Assembly (NCBI GenBank): GCA_013414795.1 | Contig: CP058732.1 | Coordinates: 1,097,744 to 1,161,743 of the forward strand | From: Candidatus Kapaibacterium sp. | GTDB taxonomy: Bacteria > Bacteroidota > Ignavibacteria > Kapaibacteriales > UBA2268 | DNA: 64,000 nt | Reading direction: 5' to 3' | Shown here: positions 37,508 to 46,878 of the stretch, one piece after another | Position numbering within the stretch: position 1 is the first letter of the stretch | Layout: every line of letters starts with the position of its first letter | Translations under genes and position numbers: made by a program | The notes under the pieces: model-generated | What the model was told of the DNA's origin: nothing | Database searches by the model: none | Seen by the model: the letters and a program-made list of their open reading frames with translations, nothing else

Positions 37508-38881
37508 CTATCTAATATTGCCACGTGCAATCGAGGCAAAAATTCCAAATGCGCAGACGATTGAAAATCCAAGCCAAATTGAATGTGTCAAAGACATAAA
37601 CTTTGGAAATAAATCTGGGGTAAACTTTGTCCCGCCCAAATGAATAGCAAACAACATTGTTACAATCCCAATGCTTAAGGTTTGTCCCACAAGACGCATT
37701 GTTCCAACAGAGGCAGAAGCCACGCCATAGAATTTCTTGTCGACAGAACTCATAATGGCATTTGTGTTTGGGGACGAAAAGAAAGCAAAACCCAAACCCA
37801 ACAATATTTGGGCAGAATAAATAAAATAGTTTGGAGTGGTTGAATTTATCAAAGAAAGCATAAATATTCCAAGTGCTGTTAGAAACATACCAAATGAAGC
37901 AACAAAGCGAGGTTCAATTCTATCTGACAATTTTCCAGCATAGGAAGAAAAAATTGCTTGTACAACTGGTTGAATTGCCAGTATGAATCCAGTATTTTGA
38001 GCAGTCAATCCTTTAATATATTGCAAATAGAGACTCAAAAGAAATCCAATAGCAAAAGTTGCGCTATAATTAATTAATGCCGCCAGATTTGAAAGCGAAA
38101 ATGTTATGTTTTTAAAGAACAAAGACATAGGAATGATTGGATAGTCGATTTTGCTTTCTGTGTAGATGAAAGCGAATAAAATAATTATTGACACAATGGC
38201 TAAAGTTTTCCCAAGTGGAGTTTGTATCCTTGTAAAACCGAGCATTAAAAGCAAAAGTCCAGAAATGTATAAAATTGTACCAAGCAAATCAAATTTTTCC
38301 CCTTGGGAGTCTGCCCATTCTAAACCACCAAGTTTTTTATTAACAAGGTATATGATGAAAATACCAATTGGAAGATTTAACCAAAAAATGCTTCTCCAAC
38401 CGAGATTCGAGGTAAGCACACCACCAAGTACTGGTCCAAGGGTTAGACCAAGGTATACCGCAGAAACGGAAAGCCCCATAGCCCGCCCACGTTCACCTTG
38501 GGGAAAAACGGAAGTTAAAATAGCCGTACTTGTAGAAAAAATCATCGAAGCGCCAATTCCTTGAAAAACTCGAAGAGCAATTAGGATTTGTATATTTGGT
38601 GAAAAAGCACATAAAAAAGAGAAAGTAAGAAAAACTATCAACCCCCAGAAGAAAGTTTTTTTTCTACCAATAATATCAGAAAATCTTCCAAAAGGAACGA
38701 GTATAGTTGCTGTTGCAAGTAGGTAAGCGGAAGAAATCCATACAAGAGTAACTGCATCAATGTTAAATTCTTTTTGAATTGATGGTAGGGCAACGTTTAC
38801 TGAACTTCCAAGGAATGCTGTTAAAAATGATGTAATTATTGAAACAATTAATACTGTATTTTTTTGTTCTTTTGTAGTCAT
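37508..38881 (-). CDS. MFS drug:H+ antiporter (DHA2 / EmrB-QacA-like)
   Basis: VNVALPSI, GRFSDIIGRKK, RVFQGIG, GPVLGG, FSSPNTNAIM. Confidence 0.9.
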   Translation of the reverse strand: MTTKEQKNTVLIVSIITSFLTAFLGSSVNVALPSIQKEFNIDAVTLVWISSAYLLATATILVPFGRFSDIIGRKKTFFWGLIVFLTFSFLCAFSPNIQILIALRVFQGIGASMIFSTSTAILTSVFPQGERGRAMGLSVSAVYLGLTLGPVLGGVLTSNLGWRSIFWLNLPIGIFIIYLVNKKLGGLEWADSQGEKFDLLGTILYISGLLLLMLGFTRIQTPLGKTLAIVSIIILFAFIYTESKIDYPIIPMSLFFKNITFSLSNLAALINYSATFAIGFLLSLYLQYIKGLTAQNTGFILAIQPVVQAIFSSYAGKLSDRIEPRFVASFGMFLTALGIFMLSLINSTTPNYFIYSAQILLGLGFAFFSSPNTNAIMSSVDKKFYGVASASVGTMRLVGQTLSIGIVTMLFAIHLGGTKFTPDLFPKFMSLTHSIWLGFSIVCAFGIFASIARGNIR

Positions 38882-38897
38882 AGTACGTCAAAAAAAA

Positions 38898-39761
38898 TTA
38901 TATAACGTTTTGGGGTCTTTTTTTAATGTAACCACCAATCGTATCCTTAACTTTATGCATTACTACGAATGCATTTGGGTCAATTCGATTTATTTCGCTC
39001 GTCAGTCTGGGAATTTCTATTCTTGTCATAACTGTGTAAAGAATGTCAATTTCATTAGATTCATTTTTTAAGCCTCGTTTTCCTTTGAAAATTGTTGCAC
39101 CACGGCCTAATTTGTAAATAATAGCATATCGCAATTCTTCTGATTTTTCAGAAACTATAATAACAGCAATGTATTCCTCTATACCTTCAATGAAGAAATC
39201 AGTTGTTTTCGAAGCGGAAATATAGGTGAGAATAGAATAGAAAGCCACTTCTATACCCAGGAAAATAGCTACGAGAGAAAAAATAATGATGTTTATGGTC
39301 AAGATTATATCTCCGACAGTGGTATGTAATTTACGACTGAGAAATATTGCAAGGATTTCAGTTCCATCGATAACCCCGCCACCTCGAATAGCAAAAGCGA
39401 TACCAGCCCCAAGGAAAAAGCCACCAAACACGGAGACAAGCAATTTGTCGTGAGTTATTGTGGGCAGTGGTACAATCGCTAACAAGAAGGAGAGCAAGGC
39501 AATTCCAATGATTGCTCTTAGAGCAATTTCTTTCGAAAATTGATAGAATGCAAGGATGATGAATGGCAAATTAAAGAGAACGATTAATAGCCAGATGGGT
39601 ATACCAGAAAGGATAGAGGTAATCATAGAAATACCAGTAACGCCACCATCGATGAATTTGTTCGGCAGAAGAAAAGACTTTAATCCAAAAGTTGCAGAAC
39701 TTGCTCCAATGCAAAGGAATATAATCTTTTTTATCTGAATTAGTACTTGTTTTACCGACAA
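38898..39761 (-). CDS. YitT family membrane protein (DUF161 plus DUF2179)
   Basis: FIDGGVTGIS, NLPF, GGVIDGTE, IDPNAF; TTG start after AGGA. Confidence 0.9.
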   Translation of the reverse strand: MSVKQVLIQIKKIIFLCIGASSATFGLKSFLLPNKFIDGGVTGISMITSILSGIPIWLLIVLFNLPFIILAFYQFSKEIALRAIIGIALLSFLLAIVPLPTITHDKLLVSVFGGFFLGAGIAFAIRGGGVIDGTEILAIFLSRKLHTTVGDIILTINIIIFSLVAIFLGIEVAFYSILTYISASKTTDFFIEGIEEYIAVIIVSEKSEELRYAIIYKLGRGATIFKGKRGLKNESNEIDILYTVMTRIEIPRLTSEINRIDPNAFVVMHKVKDTIGGYIKKRPQNVI

Positions 39762-39769
39762 TTTCCTAC

Positions 39770-41200
39770 TTAGATTAACTTTTTAATGATATATTCGTAT
39801 GCCGATTTCAATCTCTCATCGACAAGCAAATTTCGCTCAGTAATATTAATAGAATGGAGAACTGTGGTGTGGTCTCGTCCTCCGAAATGTTTACCAATGG
39901 TTTCCAGTGTTGAGTTAGTCAACTCTTTTGCTATATACATTGCCAATTGACGAGGAATTACAAGTTCCTTTTTCCTCGATTTGGATTCCAACTCCGACGG
40001 TTCAACGTTGAAATAATGCGAGACAGCACTTTTTATTCTATCGATTGTAATGATTTTAGCGGTTCGGATATGCTTTGCTCGTAGGATATCTTTAACTAAT
40101 TCAATGCTTGGCTTTTTATTTCCCAATGCAACTTGTGCAACAAGACTTACAATAACACCTTCTATTTCTCTCACATTTGAAACAACGTTTTGTGCAATAT
40201 ACTCGATAACTTCTGTCGGAAGTTCCATTCCTTCGTTTTCAATCTTCTTTCTGGTAATGGCGATTCTCGTTTCGAGTTCTGGTGGTTCTATGTAAGCGTG
40301 AACTCCCCATTGGAAACGGCTGAGTAGTCTATCGTCGAGGTCTTTCAATTCTTTTGGGGCTTTGTCGCTTGAAAGTACGATTTGCTTTCCCGCTTGATGG
40401 AGAGTGTTGAATGTATGAAAGAAATGGTCCTGGATTTTGCCCTTGTTTTGAAAGAATTGAATATCATCAATCAACAAAACGTCGACATTTCTGTAAAGTT
40501 GAAGAAATTCGTTAACACTGTTGTTTTTAATTGCTTCAATGAAGTTATTTGCAAAATTTTCACTCGTTGAATAAAGGACTTGCACTTTGGGGTAATTTTC
40601 AAGAATAAAATTGCCAATTGCCTGAAGAAGGTGTGTCTTTCCCAAGCCAGTATTTCCATAAATAATCAACGGGTTGAACCTTGTGTTTAAAGGATTTTTT
40701 GCAACAGCAAGGCAAGTCGAGTAGGCAAATTCGTTGCTATCGCCAACAACAAAATTGTCGAAGGTAAAGTTTGGCACCAGGTTTGGATTGTAGTTCAATT
40801 TTTGAATTGCGTTAATTCTTGCTTTTTTTTGTGCAAGAGTTTGTGAACTGGGAATATTTAATTTGGAGACTTCTGGCTGTGTTTTGTCAATCACAACTTG
40901 ATATTTCAACTTAATATTTTCATCGAAAAACTTAACTAAGCCAGTTTTTATGAGATTGTAGTAATGTTCATCCAACCATTCACAATAAAATTGAGAGGGT
41001 ACTTGAACAAATAATTCATTATTTTCAATTTTCAAAGGTTTTAACGGAATGAACCAGGTTCTAAAAATATGCGTAGAAACATTGTTTTTAACAAAGCGAA
41101 GGAACTTTTTCCATTTTGCAGTCAAATTATCTTTATTATTTAAAGTAAGTTGTTGCGAGTCGATTTCAAAATCTGAAACTGGTAACAATTCTTCCGTCAT
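39770..41200 (-). CDS. dnaA: Chromosomal replication initiator DnaA
   Basis: TFDNFVVG, FNPLIIYGNTGLGKTHLL, LIDDIQF, RLLSRF, NVREIEG, FGGRDHTTVLH. ATG 41200 lies 9 nt from GGAG; alternatives are 41209 and 41215. Confidence 0.98.
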   Translation of the reverse strand: MTEELLPVSDFEIDSQQLTLNNKDNLTAKWKKFLRFVKNNVSTHIFRTWFIPLKPLKIENNELFVQVPSQFYCEWLDEHYYNLIKTGLVKFFDENIKLKYQVVIDKTQPEVSKLNIPSSQTLAQKKARINAIQKLNYNPNLVPNFTFDNFVVGDSNEFAYSTCLAVAKNPLNTRFNPLIIYGNTGLGKTHLLQAIGNFILENYPKVQVLYSTSENFANNFIEAIKNNSVNEFLQLYRNVDVLLIDDIQFFQNKGKIQDHFFHTFNTLHQAGKQIVLSSDKAPKELKDLDDRLLSRFQWGVHAYIEPPELETRIAITRKKIENEGMELPTEVIEYIAQNVVSNVREIEGVIVSLVAQVALGNKKPSIELVKDILRAKHIRTAKIITIDRIKSAVSHYFNVEPSELESKSRKKELVIPRQLAMYIAKELTNSTLETIGKHFGGRDHTTVLHSINITERNLLVDERLKSAYEYIIKKLI

Positions 41201-41215
41201 CCCATTCATCTCCAA

Positions 41216-41504
41216 AAAATTCTACAAGCAAAGAAACACTATGTTCAAATTTGAATTTGAATAATAAACTAAATTGAAAGAAATTTTGAAAAATAACAAG
41301 AAAATTTTTAAAATTTTTTTGAAAAAATTTCTTTTTTGTTTTTCTATATTGAAATTCAAGTACTTTCATTTAAATTTTGTTAAAAAACTGTAAACTTTTT
41401 ATAAGTTCAATGTTAAGTTATTGTAAATAATAAAAATGAAGAAATAAACAATCTTAAAGAGTTTTTTGTTAAAAATTTTGTATAAATAATTAAAATTAAA
41501 TTAA
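41216..41504. other. Candidate replication origin (oriC) and dnaA promoter region
   Basis: Longest intergenic gap in the window, very AT-rich, adjacent to dnaA; one-mismatch TGTGNAWAA boxes at 41378, 41422 and 41467. Confidence 0.5.
41378..41432 (+). repeat. Five degenerate direct repeats at 11-bp period (TGTWAA core)
   Basis: 41378 tgttaaaaaac, 41389 tgtaaactttt, 41400 tataagttcaa, 41411 tgttaagttat, 41422 tgtaaataata. Confidence 0.55.
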
Positions 41505-42491
41505 CTAAGGAAAAGGGGGAGCACCAATATGGAAGAAATTCAATACCTCCCCAATTTTTAAAAAATTCGAGTTACTAATTTTTGTTTTTTTGTCAAATTG
41601 ATACAAAATTTCCAACATTCCTTGTTGTTGCCAAATGAAATTTTGTGGTATTTGCTTAAATTTTCTTGTCAAAACGCCATAGGAATTCAAAGCGGGTGTT
41701 GACCAGAACCAAACGAAAAGGTTAATCCTTTGTTCTTCGTTGGCTAACGCAAGAGCCAAGGGAAGCACGCAGTTCAATAAAATTTCCAGTCGTAAATTTT
41801 TGCCCTCTTTGTCGATACGTGTTTTAGTTAGTTTATAAAATCTTTCTGGTACATTAAAATCTGCTTGTTTAGCAATATCGTACAAAATGTAAAGCATTTC
41901 GGAATTCTTCAATGTTTGGATAACTTCTTCGAGGATTTCTTCTTTATAGACTGGTCTTCTCTTTCGACTTCTATACTTATTCAAAAAGTTCCGAAGAGAG
42001 AATTCGAATGCATTTTCAATAGGCATTCTCTCGAGCAGAAGTTTGGCTTCGGATGTTTTGCGGAGAAGTCGCAATAGCGCATAGTTTTGCAATTCGTCGA
42101 GGGTATCCAAAAATTCGTTTATTTCGATTTCTCCGTCTGTTGGTTCGTTGGTTGGCAATAGTTCTGGTTCAATAATCAGTGTTTCAAAATTTTGGTTAAT
42201 TGGTATATCATTATTGAATACAATATGAACGCCAACTCGATTGTATTCAGCATCGTTTGAATGTTTATGTTCAAGCCATTCAGAAGCATTTTTGTGGAAC
42301 TCGCAATCACATATTATTATTGAACCATTCAGCAATATCGCAACATCACGGAAGTCGGGTCCCTTCTCACGGTTGATAAAACCAGGCGAAAGGAACTGCA
42401 ATCGCTTTCCACTAACAGTTGTGAAAACTTTCGAAGGGTCTGAAATTAATCGATGTATTTTTTGTTGAAGTTCAAGTTCTTTATCTTTCAT
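41505..42491 (-). CDS. DUF2851 family protein (short form)
   Basis: PG..N...GPDF, EFH...SEW..HKH..D..Y..V.VHIV; adjacent to pyrF. ATG 42491 preferred over TTG 42500. Confidence 0.8.
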   Translation of the reverse strand: MKDKELELQQKIHRLISDPSKVFTTVSGKRLQFLSPGFINREKGPDFRDVAILLNGSIIICDCEFHKNASEWLEHKHSNDAEYNRVGVHIVFNNDIPINQNFETLIIEPELLPTNEPTDGEIEINEFLDTLDELQNYALLRLLRKTSEAKLLLERMPIENAFEFSLRNFLNKYRSRKRRPVYKEEILEEVIQTLKNSEMLYILYDIAKQADFNVPERFYKLTKTRIDKEGKNLRLEILLNCVLPLALALANEEQRINLFVWFWSTPALNSYGVLTRKFKQIPQNFIWQQQGMLEILYQFDKKTKISNSNFLKIGEVLNFFHIGAPPFP

Positions 42492-42492
42492 A

Positions 42493-43287
42493 TTAAACAA
42501 CTTGTAGTTGGTTGCGATAGTACAATGTTTTCTCTATGACTTTCTCAATGAAATTTTTTTCCTTCGAGGCAAAAATAATATCCCTAGAAACGTTAATAAT
42601 AATATTTCTGTTGCGGTTGATTTCAAGAATTCTCGCAAGATTTCCCCCTTGCGTGCCAATCCCTGGAACAAGGAGAAAATTGTCTACCACTTTTTCTCTT
42701 ATCGATTGAAACTCCAATTCATTCGTAGCGCCAACCACAAAACCCAATTGTTCCTTTGTGAAATTATCTGTAAATTTTTCGATTATTAATTCATAGAAAA
42801 ATCTGTTATCAATTCGAAGTTTTTGAAAATCCGAAGCACCTGGGTTCGAGGTACAAGCAAGGACAAAGTTCAACTTATCATCGAATTCGAAGAAGGGCGT
42901 CAAGGAATCAACTCCCATAAGTGGATTCAGTGTTGCACAATCAAAACCAAAATGCTGGAAAATTGATTTTGCATAGGCTTGCGAAGTCGAACCAATGTCT
43001 CCACGCTTACCATCAGCAATTTTAACAATCTCATTTGGAATAAGTTCCACTGTTTTTTCGAGCAAATCAAATCCTTCGGAGCCAAATTGTTCATAGAATG
43101 CAAAGTTGAGTTTGTATGCACAAACAAATTTCTTGGTATTTTCAATTATTAATTTGTTGAATTCAAGTATTCCGAATGTGTTTCTTTGAATTCCTTCGGG
43201 CAATTTCTCGAGTTGCGGGTCCAATCCAATACATAATAGCGAATTATTCTTCTTTTGTATTTCGAGAAGTTTTTCAAAGACTTTCAT
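42493..43287 (-). CDS. pyrF: Orotidine-5'-phosphate decarboxylase (subfamily 2)
   Basis: LCIGLDP, YKLNFAFYE, DGKRGDIGST, TSNPG, VVGAT, LVPGIGTQGG, NVSR. Confidence 0.96.
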   Translation of the reverse strand: MKVFEKLLEIQKKNNSLLCIGLDPQLEKLPEGIQRNTFGILEFNKLIIENTKKFVCAYKLNFAFYEQFGSEGFDLLEKTVELIPNEIVKIADGKRGDIGSTSQAYAKSIFQHFGFDCATLNPLMGVDSLTPFFEFDDKLNFVLACTSNPGASDFQKLRIDNRFFYELIIEKFTDNFTKEQLGFVVGATNELEFQSIREKVVDNFLLVPGIGTQGGNLARILEINRNRNIIINVSRDIIFASKEKNFIEKVIEKTLYYRNQLQVV

Positions 43288-43295
43288 ATACGTAC

Positions 43296-44135
43296 TTAAT
43301 AAATTTCTGGAACGTAAGTAAATTCTTGTATTGGTGGTCTAACGTATGAATCATCAATTTTCCTTGGGGGAAGTTCGATTGGTTTGGGAGTTACGTCTTC
43401 GTATGGTATCATAGACAAGATATGGGCTATGCAATTCAAGCGGGCTTTCCTTTTATCGTCTGCATTTACGCAATACCACGGAGCAATTTTTGTGTCGGTA
43501 TACTTAAACATTTCGTCTTTGGCTTTTGAATACTCAACCCACTTGTGCCAACTTGCAATATCCATTTCGGATAATTTCCACCTTTTGGCTGGATTGGTGG
43601 CTCTTTCGCGAAATCGCTTTTCTTGTTCCTCGTCGCTGATTGAAAACCAATATTTTAGAAGAATTATTCCGCTGCGGATTAGCATTTTTTCGAATTCGGG
43701 ACAGGAGCGGAGGAATTCCCAATACTCGTCCTCAGTGCAAAATCCCATAACCCGTTCTACTCCTGCACGATTGTACCAACTTCTGTCGAATATGACAATT
43801 TCACCAGCGGAGGGTAAATGGGCAACGTAGCGTTGGAAGTACCATTGAGTTCGTTCGCGGTCGGATGGTTTTTCCAAAGCAACAACGCGACAGCCACGAG
43901 GATTCAATGGTTCGGTGATACGCTTGATCGTTCCACCTTTGCCCGCTGCGTCACGGCCTTCGAAAATGATAACGACTTTCAAACCTTTGTACTTAACCCA
44001 GTATTGCAATTTAACAAGTTCGGTTTGCAATTTAGCAAGTTCCTGCTCGTAGAATTTTTTGTGCAACTTCCCCTTTTCGTTGTACTTTGGGATCGGTTCA
44101 TATTCTTTTTCGCGGTCCTTTTCTTTGTGTCCCAT
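43296..44135 (-). CDS. ppk2: Polyphosphate kinase 2 (class I-like)
   Basis: FEGRDAAGKGG Walker A, QWYFQRY, FDRSWYNRAGVERVMGFC. Confidence 0.97.
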   Translation of the reverse strand: MGHKEKDREKEYEPIPKYNEKGKLHKKFYEQELAKLQTELVKLQYWVKYKGLKVVIIFEGRDAAGKGGTIKRITEPLNPRGCRVVALEKPSDRERTQWYFQRYVAHLPSAGEIVIFDRSWYNRAGVERVMGFCTEDEYWEFLRSCPEFEKMLIRSGIILLKYWFSISDEEQEKRFRERATNPAKRWKLSEMDIASWHKWVEYSKAKDEMFKYTDTKIAPWYCVNADDKRKARLNCIAHILSMIPYEDVTPKPIELPPRKIDDSYVRPPIQEFTYVPEIY

Positions 44136-44149
44136 TTTCTTCCCCCAAA

Positions 44150-44707
44150 TTATTCAACAAACTCAAAAAATCTTATCGTTGTGTCACCATAATCTTTTTG
44201 TCGTAAAAGTTTATATTTTGCATTTTCCTTGAAAACTTCTTTTGGTGAAGTTTCGAAAACAAATATTGTGCCATTACGGGCAATTTTAAAAATTAAAGTA
44301 CTTTCCAACAGTTTGCTGTTTAGTTCCAATTCGTAAGGCGGATCGGAAAAAACCAAGTCGAATTTTGTTGGCTTTTTGTAATGGCGAAGGAAAGAAAACA
44401 CATCAGCATTGGTAACTTTGTATTTTTCTTTTTCTATTTGCAAAGAAGAAAGGTTATCTTTAATGATATTCACAGCATTTTTGCTTTTATCGACAAAGTG
44501 GCAAAATGAAGCTCCCCGACTGAGTGATTCAATTCCAAGCAGCCCAGTACCAGCGAACAAATCGAGGACAGTAATGTTATCGAATGTAAGAAAATTTTGC
44601 AAAATGTCGAAGATTGCTTCACGAACAAAATCGGAAGTTGGTCTGATTTCTTTCGGAACTTTCGCTTTGAAAGACTTACCTTTATACTTTCCTCCGACAA
44701 CACGCAT
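44150..44707 (-). CDS. rsmD: 16S rRNA m2G966 methyltransferase
   Basis: MRVVGG.YKG, IRPTSD.VREA, LDLFAGTG, SRGA, DPPY, YGDT. Confidence 0.95.
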   Translation of the reverse strand: MRVVGGKYKGKSFKAKVPKEIRPTSDFVREAIFDILQNFLTFDNITVLDLFAGTGLLGIESLSRGASFCHFVDKSKNAVNIIKDNLSSLQIEKEKYKVTNADVFSFLRHYKKPTKFDLVFSDPPYELELNSKLLESTLIFKIARNGTIFVFETSPKEVFKENAKYKLLRQKDYGDTTIRFFEFVE

Positions 44708-45630
44708 TAATATATTTTAATCCTCTTATGAATTTCTGGTAGAACAGCACCAACGCAAGGAGCGAAATGATGTGCAATGCGTGAACAAATTTGTTTATCT
44801 ATTGCTTCCAATTCGCTTGTAACCATTCGAAATGGATTTAACCTTTTGATTGAATTATACTTTTTTCCGTATTTATTCACAAGCAAATCCAAAGTCGGCT
44901 TATTGCAGTGCGTACCGAAAAGGTAGATAGAGTTGATTTGAATTTGAAATTCAGAATTTACTTTTGAAACTGTTTTGTCTATGAGTTCGGGTATTTCATC
45001 AAATGTATTATATTTTATCAAATTGTAGAAAAAGAAATCACTTCCTTTAATTACACTAAAGTCGATGAATTTATCGGAGATATTACAAAGTGCAGCTAAA
45101 TTGGACTTTTCTTCTGGATAATTGTAAAGAAAAGCATTATGGGAAGAAATTTGATTAATTTCAATTCTTTCAACTATTTTGTTGAGACGGTTTGAAATAG
45201 TTTTTAAATTTTGGAATATTATCTTTGGAATAATTGCTGCAAGAAAGTAGGAGTGATTCTTTCTTGGGACAAGTTCAAAAAGAAAAGTTGGAAACTCTTC
45301 GGGATTGAATTGCGGATAATTTTGACGGATTTCCATATTGATTACAGACATAATTTCATCGTTAGTAATATTGGGTCGACCAGGAAATTGGGTAAGTATT
45401 ACATATTCCATCGGAATAGAAACAGTAATTGAATTGGCATTTTGGAAACCCTTTACAATTTCGAAGAACTCTTCAAGACAATCATTATTGATGGGATTAT
45501 CAAGATTTTCAATGTCAAGAGTTGATGAGGTAGTAGCAAGGTTGTTCAATTTCAACCCAATTTGAGTCTTTTCAAGAAGTGCAAGGTAAATTCTTTCGGG
45601 TGAAAAACCAATTGAAAGGGTTTGTTCCAT
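44707..45630 (-). CDS. Actin-like-fold protein, PilM/DUF3822-like; function unknown
   Basis: Beta/alpha pattern (ITVSIP, YFLAAIIPK, IYLFG, LNPF, APCVGA) resembles PilM; stop overlaps the rsmD start. Confidence 0.55.
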   Translation of the reverse strand: MEQTLSIGFSPERIYLALLEKTQIGLKLNNLATTSSTLDIENLDNPINNDCLEEFFEIVKGFQNANSITVSIPMEYVILTQFPGRPNITNDEIMSVINMEIRQNYPQFNPEEFPTFLFELVPRKNHSYFLAAIIPKIIFQNLKTISNRLNKIVERIEINQISSHNAFLYNYPEEKSNLAALCNISDKFIDFSVIKGSDFFFYNLIKYNTFDEIPELIDKTVSKVNSEFQIQINSIYLFGTHCNKPTLDLLVNKYGKKYNSIKRLNPFRMVTSELEAIDKQICSRIAHHFAPCVGAVLPEIHKRIKIY

Positions 45631-45639
45631 AATGAACCT

Positions 45640-46818
45640 TTAATTTCGTCTCATTTGGCGTAGATTTTTAATTAATTGGTGCAATTCAAATATTTCCTTC
45701 TCAATACCAACTTCGAGAATATGTTGTACATCAATCCTTGGCGAATATTGAATAAAATCAGCAATGTGTAAGATTGTAGCAAGATTAACGGCGGATTTGT
45801 TTAATTGTGAAGGATTATGGTGATAGGCAACAGCCTCGACAATGGTTAATGGAAAACCCCACAAGCCCAAGAGATATGCACCAATTTCTGCGTGGGTACA
45901 CTGGTAAATTTCAAACTCTGCGTCGAGGTTATAATATCCTTTTTGCTCGGAAAGCACAATTACATTTTGTGGATAGGTATAGGTATTTAGAAGTACAAAT
46001 TTGCCAACGTCGTGCAAAACACCAGCGGTGTAAGCCATATCAGTAAACGCCTTATCAGAGAAAAATTTTTGGGCAGTATGCAATGAGTTTGAACCAACGA
46101 CTAAACTATGTTGCCAAAATTGTTCAAGATACTTTCGATTCTCTGGAGTAACTTTAAAATTGGAAAATAAGTGAATATAGAAAATCAATGATTTAATGAC
46201 ATTCACTCCAAGGTAGGAAAGTGCGTAATTAATGTTTGTAACTTCCCTTTGCAGACCGAAGTGTGCAGAATTGACAATCTGAAGGATTTTGGCTGTTAAG
46301 TTGGGGTCTTTTGAAATTAAATTCCCAATTTTGTTTAAAGAAAAATCTGGCTTCGAAATTTCTTGTTCAATTTGAATGTACAATTCTGGTAATGAAGGAA
46401 GCGAGGTTGTATTTTGCACCAATTCCTTGACTTTTTCATTTTTTAGTATTGATTGCAAATGCAATGTTCTTTCAATTCGCTCTCTAATGTTTCCAGCAGT
46501 ATAGGGGGGAGGTACAAATTGGTGCACGTATTGACTTAATGGTGCAACATTTTGTGCTTCGACGCTTGAGACCAAACCGAAACGGATAACTTCTGGAAAA
46601 AGTCTTTTGATTTCCTTTAAGATATTTGAACCAGAGGGAAGAGTAATATTGGTCGATGAAAAAACAATATCAATTTTATTGTTTGCTAAAATTTGCAGAC
46701 CTCTTTCCCCGTTTTCTGCAAAAAAAACATCATAATCATCTTGCAAAGGAACTACATTTCGGACTAATTCTTTAATAGTTTTCTCATCATTATCAATGAA
46801 TAAGATGCTGGTTTTCAT
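45640..46818 (-). CDS. Receiver-like plus HDOD domain signalling protein
   Basis: REC fold at N-terminus; LPSLP, DPNLTAKILQIVNSAHFG, FWQHS, GVLHDVGK, HAEIGAYLLGLWG, AVAYHH. Confidence 0.9.
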   Translation of the reverse strand: MKTSILFIDNDEKTIKELVRNVVPLQDDYDVFFAENGERGLQILANNKIDIVFSSTNITLPSGSNILKEIKRLFPEVIRFGLVSSVEAQNVAPLSQYVHQFVPPPYTAGNIRERIERTLHLQSILKNEKVKELVQNTTSLPSLPELYIQIEQEISKPDFSLNKIGNLISKDPNLTAKILQIVNSAHFGLQREVTNINYALSYLGVNVIKSLIFYIHLFSNFKVTPENRKYLEQFWQHSLVVGSNSLHTAQKFFSDKAFTDMAYTAGVLHDVGKFVLLNTYTYPQNVIVLSEQKGYYNLDAEFEIYQCTHAEIGAYLLGLWGFPLTIVEAVAYHHNPSQLNKSAVNLATILHIADFIQYSPRIDVQHILEVGIEKEIFELHQLIKNLRQMRRN

Positions 46819-46878
46819 AATTCTATTTTATTTTAAATAATTTGCAATTTAAGAAATTATCTCAAAAGTAAAAAGTTT

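Noticed and set aside
44707..45630. Type IV pilus assembly locus linked to Araf pilin glycosylation
   Set aside because: No pilNOPQ or pilin nearby; position upstream of rsmD fits a housekeeping DUF3822-like gene better
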